Numbered from the stretch's first letter, positions 1-9,870 are shown. The stretch is 64,000 bases of DNA from Rhodothermales bacterium (GCA_963663495.1 OY760427.1:5119690-5183689); one strand, 5' to 3'. The notes: generated by a model from the letters alone, not told the origin. Numbers and translations are program-made.

Positions 1-234
1 GATCGTCGGATGGAGTTGGAGGTAGGATACGGCTCGCGTGTTCACAGGCGCAGCGTGCTGCGGCCGCATGTGGGTATGGGGCTGCGCGACAGAGGCAGGG
101 ACTACCGCATAGGAGCGGGAGTACAGGGGCGCACGGGGTTAGGGTTCAGTGTGAGTGGTTTGGCGATGGAGCACATCGCGCCGTACCGCCCGGTGAGCTA
201 CGGCGTGACCGCGAGCGGTTACGTGCGTTGGTGA
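1..234 (+). CDS. 3' end (partial, gene starts upstream of the window) of a paralogue of the giant Calx-beta/beta-barrel surface protein
   Basis: The frame is open from base 1. Bases 1..234 align colinearly and without gaps to 9149..9382, with roughly 20 substitutions. Both encode ...MELEVGYGSRVHRRSVLRPHVGMGLRDRGRDYRIGAGVQGR.GLGFSVSGLAMEH.APYRPVSYGVTASGYV.W and end on Trp. Confidence 0.7.
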   Translation, partial: DRRMELEVGYGSRVHRRSVLRPHVGMGLRDRGRDYRIGAGVQGRTGLGFSVSGLAMEHIAPYRPVSYGVTASGYVRW

Positions 235-359
235 GATAAGATCGTTATGCTACTTCTGCCTACAGCCCACATGGCTTGCTTAACAAGGGATCGTCTGTTG
301 GGTCAGTCAGCATGTTGTGTTATGGTTTTGTGGGGCAGCAGAGCGGATCCAGGTAGTTA

Positions 360-2267
360 GTGCTTGTCAGAAAATGCCATTTTCTTGACTGACTTGGACC
401 CCCGAATGATTATGGAATCCGAATTCTGTTGTCTTGGGACAGGTCAAAGCGGGGTTTGTCCTCATTGACGCGGTCTATTCTGATGTTGGGAGCCCAAATT
501 CTTGGTGTCAAGGTGCCCACGAGCGACGGGAAGAGATACGTCGCCGCCGCCCGCCACAGGCTACTTGAATTTGCAACTAAGTTCGGTTGAAGAAACCGCT
601 ACGCCGCGCGCTTGCGGGCGGCGTGCCACCGTATTTTCCGCCTCTCCTTATTTCGCAGTATCAGCCCAAGGCGGTGCACGTTGGTCGCTACTACTACCAG
701 GGCGACCGTTCGGACAAATCCTTCCTCGCCATGGGTTCGAATCAGAGATAGCCCCCGCTGATTCAAGTTGTTGATCGCAGACTCTATGGCAGGATGCTGA
801 CGACGGGCCTCAACAAAGTCCGGCGCCTGCTCTCTCTCCTTATCCTCCTTGGTGCGACCGCCCTTCTTCGGCATCGCATTCAGATCCAATAGCTCATCCA
901 ACCTCTCGCGGTTGCTCGGGGAGTAAAAGCCCCGGTCCATACTGCACGAGACCAGCGACGGATTCCGCCGCTTCGCTCTCTCCATAAACGGCACAATCAT
1001 GTCCGAGTCCACCCCCTTTCGCACCACCTCATGCTGCACGATGAACTGGTGCTGATCTTCCATTGAGGTTACCATCATCCCCAGCTCTGCCTGCACTCCG
1101 GCCTTACCTTTGTTCTTCCACTGAACGTGAGACTCGTGGATAGAAAAGACCTTCTCTTCATGCGGAATCACTTCGCCCAATATCAGACGCCTATGTACTT
1201 GATCTACCTGCCTTTGCGCATGCCCCAAATAGTGTAGGACCTTGTCATGCGGTATCCCGGCCGCCTTCAGGGTGTCCACACTTGCCTCTGCGCGGAGAAC
1301 CAGCGTCCGGCACAAGGCAAGATACCTTTTCACCTTCGTCGTATCGCGCCATTGACGACGGGTACGCACGCTGTAGTAGAGCTCCTGTACTTTATTCGCC
1401 AAACACTTGTGCTTGCGCCAGCCTGGAATTTCAGGGGCATTACAAGCGCGATGCGCCTCCCGAACCATACAGTGCACGGCATCCCACAGCAGGCCAACAT
1501 CCGTCGGCCAGTCCACATGGGCCTTGGCAACAGACGAATCCACCCTGCACCGAAGCGGATCCCCCGGCGATACTCCTAACTCGCGGTGCCCGCAAGCCAC
1601 CACTGCCTCGCTGATCTCCTCCAGGACTTCCTCTGTAAGAAGACTTACGTTATCCACGAGGGTCTGTACATGATAGGTGGTATCGTCACCAAACTCCGAA
1701 TGTCCCAACATCATACGCACGTCGCTGTGACGGGCCGCCAGATTGCCCAAGCGGTCGAAATCGCAATCGATGGCCATCTTCAATACGCCCAGAACAAAGA
1801 TGCGCCATAGCGACATCCCCGGACGGCCCCGTTGCAGGTCCGTGTCTGGAAGCAGTCGCTTTTCCAGGATCTCGAAGATCTTGGTGCGGGCGGTATCGTC
1901 CATATACAAACCCTGTAGCCCGCGTAGCACGGCGGGAATGTCGTCTCGACTCTTGGGATTGAATCGGATCTCCTCAATGGGGACCTGTCCTAGCTGAAAC
2001 TGCGTATCCTCCACTAAGCGCATGTTGTTGTTAGGCGGAATATGGGAGCAAAAAGGAGCAAGAGGTGGCAAATACGCCGTATTTTGCTTGAAAAGCCGCG
2101 AATCTGCCAGACATTCGGAGAAACAGCCGATGGAGAAAGGTTGCGAAGAATTGGATTTAGTGGCCGCATAACCGTATGTCAGGGAAAGACTTGCAAAAAT
2201 ATGCAACCCACTACGGTGGTCCTTGTTCTGCCCCCGGTGCACATTAATGCCTTTTTCTGACAAGCAC
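360..2267 (-). mobile_element. Intact insertion sequence (1,908 bp), IS4/IS5-superfamily DDE type, family not assigned
   Basis: Perfect 15-bp terminal inverted repeats GTGCTTGTCAGAAAA lie at 360..374 and, reverse-complemented, at 2253..2267. A 6-bp direct repeat TAGTTA (354..359 and 2268..2273) flanks them. One long transposase ORF lies inside. Confidence 0.85.
599..2023 (-). CDS. DDE transposase of the IS at 360..2267
   Basis: The long ORF 599..2263 lies between the IRs. The likely start is the ATG at 2023 (MRLVEDTQFQLGQVPIEEIRFNPKSRDDIP...). The C-terminus (...RRQHPAIESAINNLNQRGLSLIRTHG...ATNVHRLG) resembles IS4/IS5-type transposase tails. The family call needs an ISfinder search. Confidence 0.7.
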   Translation of the reverse strand: MRLVEDTQFQLGQVPIEEIRFNPKSRDDIPAVLRGLQGLYMDDTARTKIFEILEKRLLPDTDLQRGRPGMSLWRIFVLGVLKMAIDCDFDRLGNLAARHSDVRMMLGHSEFGDDTTYHVQTLVDNVSLLTEEVLEEISEAVVACGHRELGVSPGDPLRCRVDSSVAKAHVDWPTDVGLLWDAVHCMVREAHRACNAPEIPGWRKHKCLANKVQELYYSVRTRRQWRDTTKVKRYLALCRTLVLRAEASVDTLKAAGIPHDKVLHYLGHAQRQVDQVHRRLILGEVIPHEEKVFSIHESHVQWKNKGKAGVQAELGMMVTSMEDQHQFIVQHEVVRKGVDSDMIVPFMERAKRRNPSLVSCSMDRGFYSPSNRERLDELLDLNAMPKKGGRTKEDKEREQAPDFVEARRQHPAIESAINNLNQRGLSLIRTHGEEGFVRTVALVVVATNVHRLGLILRNKERRKIRWHAARKRAA

Positions 2268-2749
2268 TAGTTAAGATTAGGTGCATGTTGGTGGCTGGGT
2301 GCACATTCTTGTGCCGATCGGTTTCTTGGAGCGTGCTTGCCAGAAAAAGGCATGATGGCTGAGACACGGCAAGACAACGCCGTTGAATACTCGTTCTATC
2401 CATCTGTAAGTGTTAGGGTTGCGGTCCTGCTACCTCCATACAATAGTAACGCCCCTGGTAACGGTCTGTAAACGCCTCCTATCCATTACGCTTCAGCTTG
2501 CCCACCGCAGCGCTCTCAGCGAATCCGTCTGCAGCCGCGGCACGCTCCCACTGGCGCAATGCGCCTGCTTCAGGCCTTCCGAACCGCCTCACAATTGTTC
2601 GAATACGCAGACCATACCTGTCTGCCCGTAAGGCGATATAATGGGGAATAACATAATTGCCGATTAGATTTTCTGCCAGTATTGCCAAACAATTATTCCA
2701 AGATTGTGTAGAATGTTGTGAACATGGGGAGGTGACGCCACGCAAGAGG

Positions 2750-5700
2750 ATGGGTAAGGTAAAGATGCTGTTACACGCCTGCTCTTGTAGGGCGGCATTT
2801 GTTGCTGTCGGGATGCTCGGTGCGGCGGCTGTACCGCATGTGGTTAGTCAGACATTGGAAGGAATCCACACCGGAGTCGCCCAACCGCTGCAGGGTCAGG
2901 CACGGATCAATCCGCACGCGGATGAAAGCCGCAGAGATGTAGCGTGGCACTTGAGAGAAGCGCAGGTATCCGACACGTTAGAGGCGGAATGTGTAAGCAA
3001 TCTGGAGGAAGCGGACGGTGTTGCGGCGCTTTGTACTGCGCTCGGAGGATGGTTACCGTACACACATGCATGGGTCTCAGGGCGCCGGTTCGTGGCCGCA
3101 GCTGATCACACAACGGGGTTTTCCGGTTTCGACGGGGTGCATTCTCAGGCAGCATTTCATCCAAAGCAGGAAGGCTTGGCAGGATTCGGTGAGCGGGTCA
3201 TCCGTGCCCCGGATGCTGGCCTGCTGGACCAGGACATTCGTATGGAGGTTAGCATCACCGCCTCCGAAAGACACGCAGAGACCGACGCGCTTGCCGCGCA
3301 ATCTTTACAGCGATGTACTGTTCCAGGGGGGCGGGGTGTTCTCGTTTACTGTTTCGAAGGTGGCGGACCGTATACGGTTAACGTTGTGATTAAATTGCGC
3401 AAACCTGCTAACCACGACCACGAATTCAAGATATCGTATTACGGTGGTTCTGCGACGGAAGGTGAGATTAATGACGGCGTGCCGGTGCCCTCGGATACTG
3501 ATTTTCAACGTATCGATCCATTCACGATAACAATTCGTCAGGGATACACGAGAGGCAGTAATTCCTTCTTGCTGGAGTTGTACGATGATAGCGACACAGA
3601 AATGGATGAGACAATCGACCTGATTACCCACCGCGTGGACACACCGACTCCTGTTCCAGTGGGTAAATTCAGGTATTACATACTGGATGACGATTCGTCC
3701 TATCTGTTCTTTAAAGAGTATAGAAACCCCGTGTACGAGTGCGATGGTTATGCATCGGTGCCGATCGTCCTTGTGGGACAATCCGATCAGGAAGTCACGG
3801 TCGATTTTTCGACGGGAAGTCATAAGATTTTTTTAGAGGATCCTGCAGCACCAGATGCAGATTACACGCCCGTGGATTCAACGCTCACATTCAGTCCCGG
3901 CGAAACAGAAAAGATTGTAAGAATTGACATAGCTGCGGATGAGATACCCGAGTCTCCCCTTGATGAGCACTTCCCGGTGGAGATGGCGAATCCCGTGAAT
4001 GCCCGGCTTATTCCCCCGACTTCAAGGTGGGACTTGACCCACGCACTCGTAAGAATTCGTGACGAGAGTTGCCTACCTCCATGGCAGGTTGCGGACGCTG
4101 TGGCAAATGAAGGCGATGGCACGATTGACTTTGATGTCAAGTGGCCTGGTTTCAGCGGTAACGATGAGCGGATATACTACAAGACCATCAATGGTACTGC
4201 TACAGCAGGGCAGGATTACGAGGCGAAAACAGACTTCATAACGTTCTCTACGCTGAACTCAACCGGGAGTGTCAGCAAGGAAACAATCTCAATTAACATA
4301 ATTGATGATCTTCTTGTAGAGCCCGACATGGAGCACTTTTCCGTAAGGCTTTGGAGTCAGACATCTCCAGCCCTCATGGCAATGGCTAAGGGTACAATTG
4401 AGGACGACGATGGTGTGCCGGTGGTTTCGATTGATGGCGGACCGGATGTGACCGAGGGAGAGGGAGCTACCTTCACCATCACAGCAAATCCAGTCCCGAC
4501 CACTACTGTGACGATCACACTTGAGGTCGCACAGTCAGGAGATTATGTAGCTGTCGGTGATTTGGGCACGAAGATGGTAGATGTAGGCACGATCGGCGCG
4601 AAAACGTACACGGTGGGCACCATATCGGACAATGTGGACGAGCCACCCGGCTCGGTAACGGTAACGTTGCAGGCGGGTACTGGATACACGGTGGCTGACC
4701 CACCTGACCATGAGGCCAGCGTAAACGTAGTAGACGACGACACACCGGAACTGGTGCTGAGCCCGTCAAGCCTTGAAATTCCGGAAGGGAGTACCGGTTC
4801 TTATACGGTGAAACTTGCCGCACAGCCGACGGGCACCGTGACCGTGAACATCACTGGAAATGCAGATACAGACCTGAAACCAAATGAGAACACACTGACC
4901 TTCACGGCCGCTGCTTGGAGTACTGCGCAGTTAGTCACCGTAACAGCGGAGCATGATGACGACGCTACTAACGACGCTGCAACACTTGCGCACACCGCTT
5001 CTGGCGGGGGCTACGGATCGGTGAGCAGGGATTTACCTGTGACGGTGACAGACGACGACACACCGGAACTGGTGCTGAGCCCGTCAAGCCTTGAAATTCC
5101 GGAAGGGAGTACCGGTTCTTATACGGTGAAGCTTGCTACACAGCCGACCGGCACCGTGACCGTGAACATCACTGGATATGCAGGTACAGACCTGAAACCA
5201 AATGAGAACACACTGACCTTCACGGCCGCTGCTTGGAGTACTGCGCAGTTAGTCACCGTGACAGCGGAGCATGATGACGACGCTACTAACGACGCTGCAA
5301 CACTTGCGCACACCGCTTCTGGCGGGGGCTACGGATCGGTGAGCAGGGATTTACCTGTGACGGTGACAGACGACGACACACCGGGGTTACGAATTGAGCC
5401 GATTACTTTAGCCGTGCTTGAAGGGGCGTCGGGCATATACCGCGTAGCACTGGAGACAGAACCGACCGGTACAGTGACGGTGACTATTGGAAGCGACAAT
5501 AGCGACGTGACGATGGTCGGTACTCCGCTGACATTCACTGCCGGTGATTGGGATTCGAAACAGACGGTAACGGTGCGTGCGGCGGAAGACGCAGACACGG
5601 ACGACGACATTGCTGTGCTTACGCACACTGCATCGGGAGGGGATTATGATTCCGTGACAGGGCCTGCTGTCACGGTGACGGTGAAGGACGATGATCCGGT

Positions 5701-8700
5701 GGCAGGGTTGGTGGTATCGCCCACTTACCTTTCGGTGACAGAGGGGGCGGAAGAGCATTTTTCGGTACGGCTACTCGCGGAACCCATGCAGGCGGTCAAT
5801 GTGGGGATCACGGGCGATGCGGGAACAGGATTAGGGGTAAGCCCGACTATGCTGCGGTTTACATCGGAGGATTGGAGCAGGCCTATTACGGTGATAGTCC
5901 GTGCGGAGGAGGACGACGATGTGATGGATGCAAGTGTACAGCTCACCCTTGCAGCATCCGGGGGTGTGTATGATGGTGAGACAGAGGATGTGGACATAGA
6001 TATACGAGACAATGACGTAGCAGGGATCGTGCTGGCACCTGCCGGTCTTACGGTACCGGAAGGGGGCGAAGCATCCTATACGGTGAGGCTGTCAGCGGAG
6101 CCATCGGGCGCGGTAACAGTGGAGATTGAAACCTACTCCGAGACGGATGTGACGCCGAACATGACTGTGCTGACATTCACGGGTGATGATTGGCATTCTG
6201 CGCAGGCGGTAGCCATACGTGCAAATGAGGACGACGACACGGTCAATGGCAGTGCTACGCTGACACACCGGGCGTCGGGTGCTGGCTACGATGGTGTTAC
6301 GGAGGACTTATTAGTCACAGTGTTGGATGATGACGAGGCAGGACTGGTGATCACCCCGAGAACATTATCGCTGAACGAGGGGGCAGCAGGCAAAATCTTT
6401 ACGGTGCGGCTCGCCTCTCCACCAACAGGTCAAGTGACTGTATTCGCCAGCGCAGAACCTGTACTGAACGGTAAGGTGTCCGTCAGTCTGCGGAGTTTGA
6501 CTTTCAACCCTACGGACTGGAAAACGGACCAGACGGTCACGGTGTCAGCATTGAACGATGCGGACTACGATGACGAGACCGGAGAGATACAGTTGTCAGC
6601 GAGTGGTGGTGGCTACGATGGAGTATCCGGGAATGTAGAGATAGGGATTCGAGACGATGATGTGCTGCCGCTTGTGCGTGTGTTGTCGGATGTGCGGGTA
6701 GGAGAAGGCGCAGGTACGGCAGAGTTTCGGGTGGGGTTAAGCGGAGAGACCACCAGCATTGTTACGGTCGGTTACCGTTCGCAAGATGTCACAGCGACAG
6801 CGGGTGCGGATTACCAGCATACAGGTGGGGTGCTCACATTCGAAGCAGGTGAGCTTGAGAAACGGATATTGGTGCAGATCATTGATGACGCATTGCACGA
6901 GGACGAAGAGGTTTTCGTGCTGGAGCTGGCGGACGCACAGGGCGCAGAGCTGGGCATGGCAACAAGCCGTGCCACCATCTTGGACGACGATTCTGAGCCG
7001 ACCGTTGGCATAACACCAGCGGTGTATGTACGGGAAGGGGGTATAGCAAATGTATACATCAGTCTCAGTAACGCAAGCACGAAGCCTGTTACAGTCTCGT
7101 ATAGTACAAATGATATGACAGCGTCAGCCGGAGATGACTACGAAGCAGCGAGCGGCGGATCGGTGACGATTGAGCCTGGTAGTATGGACGCCGTGGTAGC
7201 AATACGTACAACAGATGACGCAGTCCACGAAGGAAGGGAGGTATTTGTCGTGCAGCTTGACGGAGGCGGCCAATCCAAGGTGACGATACTGGACAATGAT
7301 CGTCTGCCACAGCTCTCCATAGGCGATGTGACAGTATCAGAGGATGGAGGGCGTGCGAAGCTTGCAGTGTCGCTGAGCGGTACGAGCGCGGTGCGTGTAG
7401 GGGTGGCATATGCCACGTATGACGATACGGCCAAGGCGGGGGCGGACTACGAGCGCACGCTTGGCACGCTGGTGTTTGCACCGGGGGAGACGGTGAGGAA
7501 TGTATGGGTACCGGTAGCGCGTGATGATGTGGAGGAGGAAGACGAGGGATTGGTAGTAAGGCTGAGTACTCCGGAGCATGCCGTGCTGTTGGATGCGGAG
7601 GGAGATGTGACGATTAAGGATGATCCGATAGAGGTCAGCATCCATGATGGTACAGGGACAGAGAGTTCGGAGGAACTGGTGATGGCGGTGCGGCTGAATT
7701 ATGGTAGCACCAAGGTGGTATCGGTGCAGTTTGCGGTGACAGGAGGCACGGCGACATCGGATGTGGACTACGAGGCGACGCAAGGGCTGGTGGTATTTGA
7801 GACCGGCAGTACGGAGGCGCAAGTAAGGATCCCGCTGATAGATGACGACTTGCAGGAAGGAAACGAAACGATAGAGGTGACGCTGTCGAATCCGGCCAAT
7901 GCGCAAATCGGGCAGGCGATGGCAACGGGCACGATCGTGGATGATGAGACTACGCCGGGAGTGCAGGTGCGAGCCATTGCAGTGTCGCAGAGCGAGGTGG
8001 TGTTTGCGGTGGGACTGCTGGCACCTGTGGCAGAGCGGCTGACGGGCCGTTACCGTACGGTAGACGGCACGGCATGGGCGGGAGAGGACTACGAGCGCAT
8101 GGAGGGGGTGCTGGAGTTTGGGCCTGGGGAGACAAGAAAAGAGGTGCGAGTGCAGTTACTGCGTGCTCAAAGTAGCGGGGAGGCGTTTGCGCTGATGGTG
8201 GAGTTGGGGGATGAGACAGTCCGAGAGGAGGTGGTATTGGGGTCGGAGGATACGGGAAACCGTGCGCGATTGGGCCGGAGTGTGGCGGTGCATATAGTGG
8301 AGGCGGTATCGGAGCGTATGGAGGGATCATTGGTGGGATGTATGCCGAGGCCGTTCCCTGGTCAGCGGGTACGGGCGTCGCATCTTTTGTCGGGCTGTGG
8401 CATGCAGGCAGGCGGAGAGCGGCTGAGTGTATGGGGTCGTGGTGCGTACAGCAGGTTGCAGAGCGGCGGGATATCGGGAGCGGATGTGGTGACGGCGTCA
8501 TTGGGGGCGGACTACCGTACGGGAGGTCGCTGGCTGATGGGGATGGCGGTATCACGCAGCGAGGCATTGGAGCAGGAAGGGACGCTACTACAGATGACGG
8601 GCTGGTATCCGTATGTGCGCTACGGAGGGATGCGGCATAGTGTGTGGGGGTTGGCAGGAGCAGGACAGGGAGTAGTGGCGGAAGCCGCGGACACGGGAAT

Positions 8701-9382
8701 GCGCATGATGGCAGCGGGCGTGGGTGGCACGTTGGTGCGCCGGGCGGGTGCGCGGCTGGGGTACGAGGCGGACGGGTTCTGGCTGGGGATGGATGGCGGG
8801 ATAGGGGTGAGCCGTGTTCGCGCGGGTCTGGAGGGATCGGTGATGTTGCAGGACATCTTGGAGCCGTATGTGGAGGCTGCGATCTTGCACAGCGGCGGGG
8901 ATGCGGAGAGAGGAATGGGAATGGAGGCAGGCGGAGGGTTACGGGTGCGGATGGGGATGTTGCATGCGGAGGTGATGTCAAGGCGTTTGGTGTTACATCA
9001 GGAGGATGGCTACGGGGAGTGGGGATATTCGGGTATGGTCCGCTATGGAGGAATGGAGGGATTGGGAGCGCAGGTGCGACCGACCTGGGGTCGTACGCAT
9101 GTGGGGACACTATGGCAGGCGGAGCGTCCGTGGGAAGTGTATCCGTCGGATCGTCGGATGGAGCTGGAGGTGGGGTATGGCTCGCGTGTTCACAGGCGCA
9201 GTGTACTGCGGCCGCATGTGGGTATGGGGCTGCGTGACAGAGGCAGGGACTACCGCATAGGAGCGGGCGTGCAGGGGCGCAAGGGGTTAGGATTCAGCGT
9301 GAGCGGTTTAGCGATGGAGCACATGGCACCATACCGACCGGTGAGCTACGGCGTGACCGCCAGCGGCTACGTGCAGTGGTAA
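2750..9382 (+). CDS. Giant secreted/surface protein: Calx-beta and Calx-beta-like repeat passenger with a C-terminal autotransporter-like beta-barrel
   Basis: The ORF is 2657..9382. The ATG at 2750 follows AAGAGGA and begins a signal-like peptide, MGKVKMLLHACSCRAAFVAVGMLGAAAV. Many modules carry the Calx-beta signature (e.g. TATAGADYQHTGGVLTFEAGELEKRILVQIIDDALHEDEEVFVLEL). The last ~330 aa are Gly/aromatic-rich alternating strands that end in ...YVQW. Confidence 0.85.
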   Translation: MGKVKMLLHACSCRAAFVAVGMLGAAAVPHVVSQTLEGIHTGVAQPLQGQARINPHADESRRDVAWHLREAQVSDTLEAECVSNLEEADGVAALCTALGGWLPYTHAWVSGRRFVAAADHTTGFSGFDGVHSQAAFHPKQEGLAGFGERVIRAPDAGLLDQDIRMEVSITASERHAETDALAAQSLQRCTVPGGRGVLVYCFEGGGPYTVNVVIKLRKPANHDHEFKISYYGGSATEGEINDGVPVPSDTDFQRIDPFTITIRQGYTRGSNSFLLELYDDSDTEMDETIDLITHRVDTPTPVPVGKFRYYILDDDSSYLFFKEYRNPVYECDGYASVPIVLVGQSDQEVTVDFSTGSHKIFLEDPAAPDADYTPVDSTLTFSPGETEKIVRIDIAADEIPESPLDEHFPVEMANPVNARLIPPTSRWDLTHALVRIRDESCLPPWQVADAVANEGDGTIDFDVKWPGFSGNDERIYYKTINGTATAGQDYEAKTDFITFSTLNSTGSVSKETISINIIDDLLVEPDMEHFSVRLWSQTSPALMAMAKGTIEDDDGVPVVSIDGGPDVTEGEGATFTITANPVPTTTVTITLEVAQSGDYVAVGDLGTKMVDVGTIGAKTYTVGTISDNVDEPPGSVTVTLQAGTGYTVADPPDHEASVNVVDDDTPELVLSPSSLEIPEGSTGSYTVKLAAQPTGTVTVNITGNADTDLKPNENTLTFTAAAWSTAQLVTVTAEHDDDATNDAATLAHTASGGGYGSVSRDLPVTVTDDDTPELVLSPSSLEIPEGSTGSYTVKLATQPTGTVTVNITGYAGTDLKPNENTLTFTAAAWSTAQLVTVTAEHDDDATNDAATLAHTASGGGYGSVSRDLPVTVTDDDTPGLRIEPITLAVLEGASGIYRVALETEPTGTVTVTIGSDNSDVTMVGTPLTFTAGDWDSKQTVTVRAAEDADTDDDIAVLTHTASGGDYDSVTGPAVTVTVKDDDPVAGLVVSPTYLSVTEGAEEHFSVRLLAEPMQAVNVGITGDAGTGLGVSPTMLRFTSEDWSRPITVIVRAEEDDDVMDASVQLTLAASGGVYDGETEDVDIDIRDNDVAGIVLAPAGLTVPEGGEASYTVRLSAEPSGAVTVEIETYSETDVTPNMTVLTFTGDDWHSAQAVAIRANEDDDTVNGSATLTHRASGAGYDGVTEDLLVTVLDDDEAGLVITPRTLSLNEGAAGKIFTVRLASPPTGQVTVFASAEPVLNGKVSVSLRSLTFNPTDWKTDQTVTVSALNDADYDDETGEIQLSASGGGYDGVSGNVEIGIRDDDVLPLVRVLSDVRVGEGAGTAEFRVGLSGETTSIVTVGYRSQDVTATAGADYQHTGGVLTFEAGELEKRILVQIIDDALHEDEEVFVLELADAQGAELGMATSRATILDDDSEPTVGITPAVYVREGGIANVYISLSNASTKPVTVSYSTNDMTASAGDDYEAASGGSVTIEPGSMDAVVAIRTTDDAVHEGREVFVVQLDGGGQSKVTILDNDRLPQLSIGDVTVSEDGGRAKLAVSLSGTSAVRVGVAYATYDDTAKAGADYERTLGTLVFAPGETVRNVWVPVARDDVEEEDEGLVVRLSTPEHAVLLDAEGDVTIKDDPIEVSIHDGTGTESSEELVMAVRLNYGSTKVVSVQFAVTGGTATSDVDYEATQGLVVFETGSTEAQVRIPLIDDDLQEGNETIEVTLSNPANAQIGQAMATGTIVDDETTPGVQVRAIAVSQSEVVFAVGLLAPVAERLTGRYRTVDGTAWAGEDYERMEGVLEFGPGETRKEVRVQLLRAQSSGEAFALMVELGDETVREEVVLGSEDTGNRARLGRSVAVHIVEAVSERMEGSLVGCMPRPFPGQRVRASHLLSGCGMQAGGERLSVWGRGAYSRLQSGGISGADVVTASLGADYRTGGRWLMGMAVSRSEALEQEGTLLQMTGWYPYVRYGGMRHSVWGLAGAGQGVVAEAADTGMRMMAAGVGGTLVRRAGARLGYEADGFWLGMDGGIGVSRVRAGLEGSVMLQDILEPYVEAAILHSGGDAERGMGMEAGGGLRVRMGMLHAEVMSRRLVLHQEDGYGEWGYSGMVRYGGMEGLGAQVRPTWGRTHVGTLWQAERPWEVYPSDRRMELEVGYGSRVHRRSVLRPHVGMGLRDRGRDYRIGAGVQGRKGLGFSVSGLAMEHMAPYRPVSYGVTASGYVQW
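4733..5368 (+). repeat. Two near-identical tandem 318-bp (106-aa) coding repeats inside the giant surface-protein gene
   Basis: GACGACGACACACCGGAACTGGTGCTGAGCCCGTCAAGCC... begins at 4733 and again at 5051. A diverged third unit begins at 5369. The peptides DDDTPELVLSPSSLEIPEGSTGSYTVKLA.QPTGTVTVNITG... differ at only a few residues. Confidence 0.95.
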
Positions 9383-9842
9383 GGAGTGCCAGTTATGCCA
9401 CATAATAGAACCGATACCCGATAGGTGCCCACCGGGTTGACGCACCGCGACCTTCAACACGATGCTTCCACACTGCCATGACACAGCGGACCTGAATGCC
9501 TAAAAGCAATCTGTCCAATAAGACTGCCCTGTTCTCAGGCTCTGGGACGCGCTTGGAGTAGTTTCAAGACAATGGAAAATGGTACCGGCGCCAGGTTGAT
9601 AAAAGGCTCCCCTTACTAAAATGTCGGACCACGATCCTTCACGAGAATAAAGGCAAATGTCGCCTTTGTGCGGGCACGCCACGATTGGCAGTTGCCTGAC
9701 GGGAATTGATCTCCGTAACGCCTCTTTAACGACCGAAAGAAGCCGTTGCGGCCCCGCAATTGCGCGAAAATCGTGAACATTTGCGGCTGGATATGCGATA
9801 AAGCAGGTTCTGACGCGTGCAAACGATTCCAAATTGCGTACA

Positions 9843-9870
9843 TTGGGGGGTAGGGTGGGGAAAAGTGGGG
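9843..9870 (+). promoter_or_regulatory. Candidate MraZ operator: three G-run boxes with exact 10-bp phasing upstream of mraZ
   Basis: In the sequence cattGGGGGG tagGGTGGGG aaaaGTGGGG, the G-runs end at 9850, 9860 and 9870. The last two boxes read GTGGGG. The array lies 26 bp upstream of the mraZ ATG (9896). Described MraZ sites are phased TGGGN-type direct repeats. Confidence 0.5.

Noticed and set aside
734-743. GGTTCGAATC, a tRNA T-arm-like motif
   Set aside because: It lies inside the transposase ORF, with no acceptor or anticodon stems around it. I saw no tRNA-like cloverleaf in any intergenic region either.
4733-6660. Regularly spaced repeats, considered as a CRISPR-like array
   Set aside because: The period is 318-327 bp and the repeats are in-frame protein modules of one long ORF. 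There is no short repeat/spacer organisation and there are no cas genes.
7950-9110. 386-aa proline-rich ORF on the minus strand
   Set aside because: It lies entirely antisense to the giant surface-protein gene. The low-complexity Pro/Ala/Ser translation is the typical shadow ORF of a high-GC coding region.
8644-9237. 197-aa glycine-rich ORF on the plus strand
   Set aside because: It is an alternative frame of the beta-barrel-coding part of the giant gene. It has no independent start context and its composition is an artefact of the G-rich codons.
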